This document shows, piece by piece, positions 52,755-64,000 of a DNA stretch of 64,000 nt (the first letter of the stretch is position 1; every line of letters starts with the position of its first letter). The position numbers and the translations under genes are program-made. The notes under the pieces are model-generated. The model saw nothing but the letters and a program-made list of their open reading frames with translations, searched no databases and was not told where the DNA came from. The DNA is from Macrostomum lignano (lineage: Eukaryota): NCBI GenBank assembly GCA_002269645.1, contig NIVC01000061.1, positions 868,001-932,000 on the forward strand, in the 5' to 3' direction.

Positions 52755-53060
52755 CTGGAAGTTTAAAAAAAGTGCATTAATAAAAGTACATTTAATTAAA
52801 GTACATCAGTATTACACTCGTACACCCAAAAGATAATTATTCAAGTACATCATAAATTACATCACAAAATCTCGAGCATAATGAAAAATTTAATAAAAGC
52901 CACACACTAAAGTACACATTTGAGGTATACTAAAAGTACATATATTTTAAGTACACCCAGAAGTACCAGGTACATAGCTACATTACACCCGAAAATTGAT
53001 TTGTTACTTTTAATATACACTAAAACAGCAAATAATTAGAAAAGGCAAGCTAACACTCGC

Positions 53061-53208
53061 CTGAATAATAGAGGCCGCTTGAGCCTGAGTGCCATCGCCA
53101 ATATCGAAGCCGTTGATCTCTAGAATTCGATCGTCGCGTCGAAGTCGACCGTCCATTTCGGCCAGACCGCCGGGCACGAGGCCGAGGATAAACAGGCCCG
53201 GGCATGTC
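53061..53208 (-). CDS. Lnx: LNX exon: PDZ2 core (GC donor)
   Basis: [38 protein letters not shown]; CTAG| phase 2; donor CAG|GCGAGT. Not in the ORF track. Confidence 0.92.
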
Positions 53209-53409
53209 CTAGATGGCAGGATTACGTGCTTATGCTATTGCTATCCTTTCAAAAGATAAAAACACTACACAAGCATGGGCTACTAAGCTACTTTCAGTAG
53301 TTAGACGCATTTGATTTCAACTTTTTATTGACTACGTACAAATATGTACATTGTCTACCACAAAATGAGTGTACATTTCGCACTCTATGCTCCTTCGTTA
53401 CATACTTGC

Positions 53410-53750
53410 CCCAGCTGACACCCACCTCATCATCTACTTCTTCCAAACATACCTGCCCCTCCGACACCTACCTCACTCACTATTTATTCAAAACATTCCT
53501 GCCCCTCCGACACTCACCTCACTCCTTATTCATTCAAAACATTCCTGCCCCTCCGACACCCACCTCACTCCCTATTTCTTCCAAACATTCCTGCCCCTCC
53601 GACACCCACCTCACTCCCTATTTCTTCCAAACATTCCTGCCCCTCCGACATCCACCTCACTCCCTATTTCTTCCAAACATTCCTGCCCCTCAGACTCCCA
53701 CCTCACTCTCTATTTCTTCTAAACATTCCTGATATACCTGACACCCCACC
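53410..53750. repeat. 46-bp minisatellite TTCCAAACATTCCTGCCCCTCCGACACCCACCTCACTCCCTATTTC
   Basis: About 7 copies. Confidence 0.9.
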
Positions 53751-53853
53751 CCACGCCACTCACTTCTTCATAGGCCTTCTTATGCAGAAAATAACCGCTA
53801 CCCTTTAACACACTATTGAATAAAAAATAGTAACAGTGGTGTTGATAGCTCAC

Positions 53854-54149
53854 TTCTTTCCAACCAATTTAATGCCTAATCGTTTGCCGGCGCGTTTAAA
53901 CAGTGACACCGTTAATAGTACAGTCTGATGCTCCTGCTGCTCCTGGCGTTGCTGGTGCAGCTGGCGAAGTTGCAACTGTTGCTGTTGCTGCTGCTGGGCC
54001 CAGCAGGCTTCATCATCATTGTCCTCGTCTTGATCGCTGGGCACAGCGCCAAGCTCTCTGTAGACAGACAGCCGGCAGAATGGAGTCAGCTGGGACAGGG
54101 CCCGCTTAGCCTGACAGTGTGTTGCCTGGGTGAGATCTACGCCGTTCAC
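53854..54149 (-). CDS. Lnx: LNX exon: end of PDZ1, start of PDZ2
   Basis: VNGVDLTQATH..; KRAGKRLGIKLVGK; CTGCAG|, AA|GTGAGC phase 2. Confidence 0.93.
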
Positions 54150-54252
54150 CTGCAGTTTGTTCAATTATATCAAATCTTTATACTACTGACTACTAATTTA
54201 CAATTAAGTAGCATAATTGGAGCACTTGAAATTAAAAATCACAAACGCTTGC

Positions 54253-54336
54253 CTCTAAAATTTGATCGCCAGGTCGCAACCTGCCGTCCTTAGCAACTAG
54301 ACCGTCGATATAGATCTCCTGTATGACGATGCAGCT
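54253..54336 (-). CDS. Lnx: LNX exon: PDZ1 core (GC donor)
   Basis: SCIVIQEIYIDGLVAKDGRLRPGDQILE; TTTCCAG|, donor GAG|GCAAGC. Not in the ORF track. Confidence 0.92.
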
Positions 54337-54504
54337 CTGGAAAGATTTGTAAATAGTTCACTGTGTACTTATAAGGTAGAGTGGGACTGCAGAGGGGAAC
54401 TTAGGCTGGCATAAGAGTCAGAATCTTCCTAAGGCATAATTCAGTATTTGTATATTTTAAACTACCAAAGAAGTCAAACTACTGAAGACACGTTACTCCA
54501 GTAA

Positions 54505-54593
54505 TAGACATACATACATTCATACATACATACATACATACATACATACAGACAGACGGACAGGCAGGCAGACAGATACTAATGCAGACACTA

Positions 54594-54634
<41 letters not shown>

Positions 54635-54672
54635 GGCAGACAGACAGACAGGCAGACAGACAGACAGACAGT
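54505..54672. repeat. (TACA)n followed by (GACA)n with ACACTAAG
   Basis: Read directly. Confidence 0.93.
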
Positions 54673-55214
54673 CCCAAAAGAAGCCACTGAGGAATCAAGC
54701 AGAAGTGTCCCAGGGGAGTGGATACCTCAGTAAATTTGCCTCAGAAAGAGACCAGCAGCACAGAACAGAGGCGGCAATGTGGGGGGGGGCAAAGGGAAAT
54801 GAAACGAAGCGAGAACTGGGATTTGGAGAGCAGAGCAGTATAGGAGAATAAGGTCGGGGCCCCAATGGGATGCGTGAGTCATCGCGGCTAACTATAATGA
54901 AGCCGTCTAATACCACAGAACGGTCGAGAGAGAAAAAAGGGTTGGTTACGTCACAGCTTATAGGCAGACGGCGGTTCCCGAAGCCGGGGGCGGGTGGGGA
55001 TGGACTGAAAACCGCGACGAAGCCGGCGGATTGGCAAAGCTGTCACACGTGGTCTGGAAGATGCATGCATGGCAGTGTAAACAAACTTTTAAGGCATTCT
55101 CTGCTTCACCTTGGCTCTGAAGCAGATCTGACAGATGCGGGTTTGCCTGTCTGGTGTGTTAAAAGCATCCGGACTATACCAGCTAAAGCAATGGCATGAT
55201 TACGGATTGCTAAC

Positions 55215-56460
55215 GGCCTACAGAGAGGACCATGGGGACAGCAGCGGCCTACAGAGAGGACCATGGGGACAGCAGCGGCCTACAGAGAGGACCATGGGAA
55301 CAGTAGCGGCCTACAGAGAGGACCATGGGAACAGTAGCGGCCTACAGAGAGGACCATGGGGACAGCAGCGGCCTACAGAGAGGACCATGGGGACAGCAGC
55401 GGCCTACAGAGAGGACCATGGGAACAGTAGCGGCCTACAGAGAGGACCATGGGGACAGCAGCGGCCTACAGAGAGGACCATGGGAACAGTAGCGGCCTAC
55501 AGAGAGGACCATGGGAACAGTAGCGGCCTACAGAGAGGACCATGGGGACAGCAGCGGCCTACAGAGAGGACCATGGGAACAGTAGCGGCCTACAGAAAGG
55601 ACCATGGGGACAGCAGCGGCCTACAGAGAGGACCATGGCGAGGGCAGCAGAGGCCTACAGAGAGGACCATGGCGAGGGCAGCAGAGGCCTACAGAGAGGA
55701 CCATGGGGGCAGCAGAGGCCTACAGAGAGGACCATGGCGAGGGCAGCAGAGGCCTACAGAGAGGACTATGGGGACAGCAGCGGCCTACAGAGAGGACCAT
55801 GGGGACAGCAGCGGCCTACAGAGAGGACCATGGGGACAGCAGCGGCCTACAGAGAGGACCATGGGGACAGCAGCGGCCTACAGAGAGGACCATGGGGATA
55901 GCAGCGGCCTACAGAGAGGACCATGGGGACAGTAGCGGCCTACAGTGAGGACCATGGGGATAGCAGCGGCCTACAGAGGACCATGGGGACAGCATCGGCC
56001 TACAGAGAGGATCATGGGGACAGCAGCGGCCTACAGTGAGGACCATTTGGACAGTAGCGGCCTACAGTGAGGACCATGGGGACAGCAGCGGCCTACAGTG
56101 AGGACCATGGGGACAGCAGCGGCCTACAGTGAGGACCATGGGGACAGCAGCGGCCTACATTGAGGACCATCGGGACAGCAGCGGCCTACAGTGAGGACCA
56201 TGGGGACAGCAGCGGCCTACAGAGAGGACCATGGCGAGGGCAGCAGCGTCCTACAGAGAGGACCATGGGGACAGCAGCGGCCTACAGAGAGGACCATGGG
56301 GACAGCAGCGGCCTACAGAGAGGACCATGGGGACAGCAGTGGCCTACAGAGAGGACCATGGGGACAGCGGCGGCCTACAGAGAGGACCATGGGGACAGCA
56401 GCGGCCTACAGAGAGGACCATGGGGACAGCAGCGGCCTACAGTGAGGACCATGGGGACAG
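55215..56460. repeat. 31-bp minisatellite GGCCTACAGAGAGGACCATGGGGACAGCAGC
   Basis: About 40 copies, running up to the exon donor. Confidence 0.98.
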
Positions 56461-56475
56461 CGTCGCGGAACTCAC

Positions 56476-56588
56476 CAAAGGCGTGTCGCAGCCGCCAACA
56501 AAGCTGACGCCGAGGTCCAGACAGCCTCGTTGGATCTCGATGGTGCTTACAAGGCCGCTGATGATTGGCTCCTTGGGTGGCCAGTCGG
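56476..56588 (-). CDS. Lnx: LNX exon: PDZ1 start
   Basis: VSTIEIQRGCLDLGVSFVGGCDTPL; CCCTAG| phase 1, TTG|GTGAGT phase 0. Confidence 0.92.
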
Positions 56589-56847
56589 CTAGGGAAGGAT
56601 TGCAGCAATGCTTGTTTCTATGGATATCAGGCTCAGATCTGAGTCTAATAGTCTTTTCTCACAACTGCCTCCTACAATCTCACCCATATTACTCTCAAAT
56701 GGGTTACTCTCAAATTATCCCTGCTACTCTCACAGTCTCACTCCTGCTACTGTCACAGTCTCACCCCTGCTACTCTCACAATCTCACCCATGTTACTCTA
56801 TAATCCAACAGGTGTCAGTCTCAGTCCCGTGCACGAACACCAATTAC

Positions 56848-56990
56848 CGTTATAGTCGGGCTCAGCTGGCGGTAATTCATCGTCCGAGCGGAACTGGCAC
56901 TCCAGCAGATGGTTCTGCAGGGCAGTTTTTGGGCCTTGAAATGAGCAGCCAGCCGAGGCCTTCGGGCACCGGGTGACAGCGCCACGACAC
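56848..56990 (-). CDS. Lnx: LNX exon: additional TRAF-like Zn finger
   Basis: CRGAVTRCPKASAGCSFQGPKTALQNHLLEC; CTCCCAG| phase 2, G|GTAATT phase 1. Confidence 0.88.
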
Positions 56991-57002
56991 CTGGGAGGTA
57001 AG

Positions 57003-57010
57003 GTAGTAGT

Positions 57011-57044
<34 letters not shown>

Positions 57045-57075
57045 CAGTAGTAGTAGTAGTAGCAGTAGTAGTAGC

Positions 57076-57107
<32 letters not shown>

Positions 57108-57126
57108 CAGTAGTAGTAGTAGTAGC

Positions 57127-57221
<95 letters not shown>

Positions 57222-57237
57222 CAGTAGTAGTAGTAGC

Positions 57238-57272
<35 letters not shown>

Positions 57273-57273
57273 C

Positions 57274-57353
<80 letters not shown>

Positions 57354-57366
57354 CAGTAGTAGTAGC

Positions 57367-57407
<41 letters not shown>

Positions 57408-57444
57408 CAGTAGTAGTATTAGTAGTAGTAGTAGTAGTAGTAGC

Positions 57445-57476
<32 letters not shown>

Positions 57477-57504
57477 CAGTACTAGTAGTAGCAGTAGTAG
57501 TAGC

Positions 57505-57536
<32 letters not shown>

Positions 57537-57537
57537 C

Positions 57538-57575
<38 letters not shown>

Positions 57576-57627
57576 CAGTAGTAGTAGTAGCAGTAGTAGT
57601 AGTAGTAGCAGTAGTAGTAGTAGTAGC

Positions 57628-57695
<68 letters not shown>

Positions 57696-57711
57696 CAGTA
57701 GTAGTAGTAGC

Positions 57712-57764
<53 letters not shown>

Positions 57765-57765
57765 C

Positions 57766-57812
<47 letters not shown>

Positions 57813-57825
57813 CAGTAGTAGTAGC

Positions 57826-57866
<41 letters not shown>

Positions 57867-57903
57867 CAGTAGTAGTATTAGTAGTAGTAGTAGTAGTAGT
57901 AGC

Positions 57904-57935
<32 letters not shown>

Positions 57936-57963
57936 CAGTACTAGTAGTAGCAGTAGTAGTAGC

Positions 57964-57998
<35 letters not shown>

Positions 57999-58020
57999 CA
58001 GCAGTAGTAGCAGTAGTAGT
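57003..58020. repeat. ~1-kb (AGT)n trinucleotide with AGC interruptions
   Basis: Fills almost the whole intron. Confidence 0.99.
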
Positions 58021-58076
58021 TAGTAGTTAGCTGCAAAAATTAATTACTAAAATAATATTGACTTTCACCCGCTCAC

Positions 58077-58169
58077 CTGTGCGTCAGGTGCGCCTCGAGA
58101 TTGGCCCGCTGCAGGACCTCTTCACAGTAGTCCACGTTGGGGCACACAACTAGAAGCTTGTCCAGCAGC
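58077..58169 (-). CDS. Lnx: LNX exon: post-RING Zn finger
   Basis: LLDKLLVVCPNVDYCEEVLQRANLEAHLTHR; TTGCCAG|, AG|GTGAGC, phase 2/2. Confidence 0.93.
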
Positions 58170-58659
58170 CTGGCAACGAAAAAATGTAATATTACTGGTA
58201 GGTTATAAAAACACGGACGGAACAATAAATGATATTCGGACAGACCTAGCAGGATTAAGCAGGATTTCCCGGCCAATATCCCGAAATGGCGGTTGTTTAT
58301 TTGCAGAAACAGATTCTGATGCAGCAATAGCGACAGAAGAATCTTCTTCTTTTACTACGATATCGGGCATGAATACCATTGCTGCTGCACTGTAACAAGT
58401 GCGCGAAAGACTAAGCTTACAAGTGAGTCAGAGTGAAGCTCTAGATCCAAGCACTGCCGCTTCATCTTACTATATAGATACTTCAGACAGAACTAGCTCT
58501 AGCCGAGGATTGAGGGCAACGTATTGTGAAAACTGCTGTACTCCTATTGGCTGGCAGAATTTCTACTCAAATGATATGCAAAATACACTACTTACTAAGT
58601 AAATTCATACGAAAATTATTAGTATCGCTAATGTGCCGAATTCATCAGATTCCTTAAAG

Positions 58660-59835
58660 GGCGCCGCCACCCCTTTTCCTCAGATTCTTCAAAGCGCGCC
58701 GCCACCCCTTTTCCTCAGATTCTTCAAAGCGCGCCGCCACCCCTTTTCCTCAGATTCTTCAAAGCGCGCCGCCACCCCTCCTCCTCAGATTCTAATAAAA
58801 AGGACGCCGCCACCCCTCTTCCTCAGATTCTTCAAAGCGCCCCGCCACCCCTCTTCCTCAGATTCTAAAAAGGACGCCGCCACCCCTCTTCCTCAGATTC
58901 TTCAAAGGACGCCGCCACCCCTCTTCCTCAGATTCTTCAAAGGACGCCGCCACCCCTCTTCCTCAGATTCTTCAAAGGACGCCGCCACCCCTCCTCCTCA
59001 GATTCCAAAAAAGACGCCGCCACCCCTCTTCCTCAGATTCTTCAAAGCGCGCCGCCACCCCTCTTCCTCAGATTCTTCAAAGGACGCCGCCACCCCTCCT
59101 CCTCAGATTCCAAAAAAGACGCCGCCACCCCTCTTCCTCAGATTCTTCAAAGCGCGCCGCCACACCTCTTCCTCAGATTCTTCAAAGGACGCCGCCACCC
59201 CTCTTCCTCAGATTCTTCAAAGCGCGCCGCCACACCTCTTCCTCAGATTCTTCAAAGGACGCCGTCACCCCTCTTCCTCAGATTCCAAAAAAGACGCCGC
59301 CACCCCTCTTCCTCAGATTCTTCAAAGCGCGCCGCCACACCTCTTCCTCAGATTCTTCAAAGGACGCCGCCACCCCTCTTCCTCAGATTCTTCAAAGCGC
59401 GCCGCCACCCCTCTTTCTCAGATTCTTCAAAGGACGCCGCCACCCCTCTTCCTCAGATTCCAAAAAAGACGCCGCCACCCCTCTTCCTCAGATTCTAAAA
59501 AGGACGCCGCCACCCCTCTTCCTCAGATTCTTCAAAGGACGCCGCCACCCCTCTTCCTCAGATTCTTCAAAGCGCGCCGCCACCCCTCTTCCTCAGATTC
59601 TTCAAAGGACGCCGCCACACCTCTTCCTCAGATTCTTCAAAGCGCGCCGCCACCCCTCTTCCTCAGATTCTTCAAAGGACGCCGTCACCCCTCTTCCTCA
59701 GATTCCAAAAAGGACACCGCCACCCCTCATCTTCAGATTCCAAAAAAGCCGCCACCCCTCTTCTTCATATTCTTCAAAGGCGCCGCCATCCCTCCTCTCT
59801 CCCCTCATATTCTTCAAAGGGCGCCGCCACCCTCT
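58660..59835. repeat. 35-bp minisatellite GCCGCCACCCCTCTTCCTCAGATTCTTCAAAGGAC
   Basis: About 33 copies. Confidence 0.97.
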
Positions 59836-59909
59836 GTAAGATCATATAAGGTAAAAGATAATAATAATAATAATATCGATAGTAAAAGGCAAGAGGTAAT
59901 ACAACTTAC

Positions 59910-60070
59910 TTCTTAACCAAGCTAGAAGCTTGCGAGCACTCCATGAAGTTGATAATACTTTTGTCAATCGGGCACAGGGCCTGCTTGGCCAGGTGACTTT
60001 TCAGGCATGGCGTGCAGAAAGTGTGACCGCATTTTGTATCCAAGGGTTCTACTAGAGGCTGCTGGCACAG
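59910..60070 (-). CDS. Lnx: LNX exon: RING finger
   Basis: LCQQPLVEPLDTKCGHTFCTPCL..LCPIDK (C3HC3D-type RING); TTTCAG|, AA|GTAAGT. Not in the ORF track. Confidence 0.95.
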
Positions 60071-60184
60071 CTGAAATGCAATAAAAGTACAAATATGAAT
60101 ATTGCGAGTTAGATTATAAAAAAATACATTACATACCAGTAAATCAGATTAAGCTTTAACTTAAGATCCCAGTATTCCGCATAG

Positions 60185-60705
60185 AATGAAGGCAGAATCC
60201 CAGACAGAACCTCAGATAGAATCTCAATCAGAATTCCATAGAGAATCCAAGATAGAATCTCAGATAGAATCCAATATAAAATGCCAAAATGAATCCCATA
60301 TAGAATCCCTGCTGATAGGATATCAGATAGAATCCAAGATAGAACCCCAGATGGAATCTCAAACAGAATTCCAGACAAAGCCCTAGATAGAGTTCAAGAT
60401 AGAATTTCAGAAAGAATCTGAGATAGAATCTGAGATAGAATCCAAGATATAATCCCAGATATAATCCCAGATAGAATCCCAGATATAATCCAAGAAAGAA
60501 TCCCAGAAAGAATCCCAGATAAAAACCCAGATATATTCCAAGATATAATCCTAGATATAATCCCAGATAGAACTCCAGATAGAATCCAAGATAGAATCCC
60601 AGACAGAATCCAGATAGAATCCCAGACAGAATCCCAGATAGAGTCTAAGATATAATTCCAGATAGAATCCCAGATAGAAACCCAGATAGAATCGCAGACA
60701 CAATC
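60185..60705. repeat. 12-bp degenerate repeat GATAGAATCCCA
   Basis: Read directly. Confidence 0.9.
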
Positions 60706-61254
60706 CCACTATGCATGGCAAACTGCTATAGCCGAAGAGGCAAAGGTAAAGAAAGAATCGAAGCAGAACCGAAGGAACAAAGATGGATTAGAAGCAGGAA
60801 GAATTTTGCCCAGCAGCAAGACATGCACCCAACTAGTACTTTGGTGGGAATGCGCGGCCCAGTTAACTGGTAGGTCAGGGCGCAGCACCGGGGGGTAAGG
60901 GTGAATCTCGACTACACATGCTTGATGTACAACACGCAAGATGGCAGAGACCAACCGTAGCTGCAGCCACGCTATCCATGCCCTGTTCGCCCTGTCGCCC
61001 TTATTAGTATAGAGCGAATGTTGAATCAATATAAATGTAATAGTCCGTGTCTTAGTAACTGTGCGCCAACGCTAACTATATGCTTACGCCAGCAATTTTG
61101 GCAACAGTCCAAACTTTTTTGGAACTTTTTTGGATAGCCGGTTTGAATAGAAATCTTCTTGGCTAGCGATTGTCAATGTCTTTTCCTATAAAACAATAGG
61201 CCCAAATTGTAATATCCTTAGTGATATTTAAATATTCTTAGTGACATTCTAGTG

Positions 61255-61520
61255 TGTCGAGACTTACAGGAGGAATTGCTGAGATGTCAAGGCTTACTGG
61301 GAGGAATTGCTGAGATGTCAAGGCTTACTGGGGGAATTGCTGAGATGTCAAGGCTTACTGGGGGAATTGCTGAGATGTCAAGGCTTACTGGGGGAATTGC
61401 TGATGTCAAGGCTTACTGGGGGAATTGCTGAGATGTCAAGGCTTACTGGGGGAATTGCTGAGATGTCAAGGCTCGGGAGGGGATTGGCAGAGACATCAAG
61501 GCTTACGGGAGGAATCGCTT
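61255..61520. repeat. 30-bp minisatellite GAGATGTCAAGGCTTACTGGGGGAATTGCT
   Basis: About 8 copies. Confidence 0.92.
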
Positions 61521-61689
61521 AGATGTTAAGGCAAATATGATTAACAAATAATTTTTGTCCCTTGCTTATTGGCCGCCCAGAAAAGAAACAATTGACTGCG
61601 AGTACAAGCTATTCACACTGACATTCTAATATCCTCACTGATTTACCACATCAAATTACGGGATTTACTCTGTTCAAAGCTCAACCTAC

Positions 61690-62061
61690 CTTGCACAGCA
61701 GGTCCTGGTCAACCTGCTGATTATAGTCGTACAGGTGGGTGGCTCCGGGCTCGTGGAACTGGCCGCAGAAGGCGCACAGGTCAATTTTTCTGGCGCCAGT
61801 CAGGGAGCTCAGCGAGCCGCATGCACTGCCGCTGCTGCCGCCGCCGCGACCGCCATTTGCTGCCGGCGATTTTTTGACATTGGCAACATCGCCGCTGTTG
61901 GCAACCGAACTGGTTGCCATGGTAACCGGAAACTGCTGCTGCTGGGCGGTGGAGAAAAATGGAAGCAGAAAATATGGATCCGCTGAGGCGTCGGGTTCCG
62001 CTGCCGACTTCGGCTCTTGTAGGGGGTCGCGCAGCTGGTTGAGACTGCTGGATGACGTCAC
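61690..62061 (-). CDS. Lnx: LNX first visible exon: N-terminal Zn motif
   Basis: CAFCGQFH..HLYDY..VDQDLLCK; acceptor CCCCAG| before 62061; in-frame ATG at 61920; AAG|GTAGGT. The true start is uncertain. Confidence 0.85.
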
Positions 62062-62084
62062 CTGGGGAGGGGTGGGGAAGGCCT

Positions 62085-62301
62085 GTGTCTGTCTGTCGGC
62101 CTGTCTGTCTGTTTGCCTGTCTGTCTGCCTGTCTGTCTGTCTGCCTGCCTGTCTGTATGTCTGCCTGTCTGTCTGCCTGTCTATTTGCCTGTCTGTCTGC
62201 TTGCCTGCCTGTCTGTCTGTCTGTCTATTTGCCTGTCTGTCTGTTTGCCTGTCTGTCTGTCTGTCTATTTGCCTGTCTGTCTGTTTGCCTGTCTGTCTGC
62301 C

Positions 62302-62334
<33 letters not shown>

Positions 62335-62685
62335 GCCTGTCTGTCTGCTTGCCTGCCTGTCTGTCTGTCTGTCTGTCCTTCTGTCTGTCTGTCGGCCTGT
62401 CTGTCTGTCTGTTTGCCTGTCTCTCTGTTTGCCTGTCTGTCTGCCTGCCTGTCTGTCTGTCTGCCTGCCTGTCTGTATGTCTGCCTGTCTGTCTGCCTGT
62501 CTGTCTGTCTGACTGTCTGTTTGCCTGTCTGTCTGCTTGCCTGCCTGTCTGTCTGTCTGTCTATTTGCCTGTCTGTCTGTTTGCCTGTCTGCCTGTCTGT
62601 CTGTCTGCCTGTCTGTCTGTCTGTCTGTCTGTCTGTCTGCCTGCCTGTCTGTATGTCTGTCTGTCTGTCTGCCTGTCTGTCTGCA
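62085..62685. repeat. (TCTG)n/(CCTG)n microsatellite
   Basis: Read directly. Confidence 0.97.
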
Positions 62686-63296
62686 TGTAATGCTTAATAC
62701 ACTAATGTCAATGTCAAGCGCTTGTTAAGCAAACCATTGAGTAAAAAGTGGCCAAAAATGAGTAGTAAAGAACAGCTTTATTTTTAGAAGAAATTTGTCA
62801 AATACACTTACTAATAGACGCTGTTTAAGTCCGCAGTTTAAAAAATTGTCAATAGTTAATTGCAGCAACATCCATATACTAAAATTTCGCTAATAATTCT
62901 GCACGGCTAAACTAGATTTTGGTTGAAATCGTTTACAGAGACATGCTAGACACAGAACACAGGCCTGACTAGCTACAAGACTTCACTGGATAAAAAAGCA
63001 AGCCTGAAGTGAGGCACGCGCAGGCCCGGAGACACAGGGGCCACAGTGCATATGTGAATGTGTGTATATACACGATTCGAAGCGCGCATTTCAAGCACAC
63101 ATATCCCCGCCGTACTTTCATGCACAGATCGTATGTATATATACACAAATTCGGCAATGCTTTAAATATCGAAAGAGGGAGAGAGATAGCGGAGAGGACC
63201 AAGGACTACTAGATAAATGCGAGAATCTGGACTGGCCATTTGCGACTGGCTACAAGCAGGCTCATCTCTGATTGGTCAGAGTGCCTGATCAAGGAC

Positions 63297-63855
63297 AGTG
63301 AAAGTCAGTCAGGAATATCTGAGAGTCAGTCAGGAATATCTGAGAGTCAGTCAGAATTATCTGAAAGTCAGTGAGGAATATCTGAGAGTCAGTCAGGAAT
63401 ACCTGAGAGTCAGTCAGAATTATCTGAGAGTCAGTCAGGAATATCTGAGAGTCAGTCAGGAATATCTGAGAGTCAATCAGAATTATCTGAAAGTCAGTGA
63501 GGAATATCTGAGAGTCAGTCAGGAATACCTGAGAGTCAGTCAGGATTATCTGAGAGTCAGTCAGGAATATCTGAGAGTCAGTCAGGAATATCTGAGAGTC
63601 AGTCAGGATTATCTGAGAGTCAGTCAGGATTATCTGAGAGTCAGTCAAGATTATCTGAGAGTCAGTCAGGATTATCTGAGAGTCAGTCAGGATTATCTGA
63701 GAGTCAGTCAGGAATATCTGAGAGTCAGTCAGGATTATCTGAGAGTCAGTCAGGATTATCTGAGAGTCAGTCAGGATTATCTGAGAGTCAGTCAGGAATA
63801 TCTGAGAGTCAGTCAGAATTATCTGAGAGTCAGTCAGGATTATTCGAGAGTCAGA
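63297..63855. repeat. 21-bp minisatellite GAGTCAGTCAGGATTATCTGA
   Basis: About 26 copies. Confidence 0.96.
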
Positions 63856-64000
63856 ACAGAAGAGATGCAAGCTTCCCTGTCCCTGAGATTGTACGCAGTA
63901 TCCAGAGCTGCAGGAATGAGAGCGGTTACTTCAAGCCTCAAACGTGCTGGCTGCAGGCCCCAAAAAGTGTAGAGTTTCTCCCATTGCTAAACATTCCAGC

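Noticed and set aside
58633-59916. 427-aa plus-strand ORF
   Set aside because: Translation of the 35-bp minisatellite in an LNX intron

Overview
Eukaryotic (metazoan) genomic DNA: GC-rich exons full of Gln/Ala/His runs, separated by introns and intergenic DNA packed with micro- and minisatellites. This style resembles the flatworm Macrostomum lignano (inference, not verified). Three spliced genes were rebuilt by hand, with consistent intron phases throughout. (1) KDM3/JMJD1-family JmjC histone demethylase on +, 8 coding exons, 16425-35398, about 1620 aa. (2) An uncharacterised ankyrin-repeat protein on -, 3 exons, 44920-42250, about 427 aa, ending in a CaaX-like CRVM. (3) An LNX1/2-like Zn-RING-Zn plus 4xPDZ E3 ligase on -, at least 10 exons, 62061-50380. 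It needs two GC-AG introns, has an extra Zn finger and lacks an NPxY/F motif. Also present: a 680-bp foldback element, two Gypsy pol relics with a PPT and short LTR inside a minisatellite, and about 45 tandem arrays. Most long ORFs in the track are repeat artefacts. No rRNA, tRNA, CRISPR or prokaryotic system was seen. All family assignments rest on recalled motifs, not database searches, and repeat boundaries are approximate.
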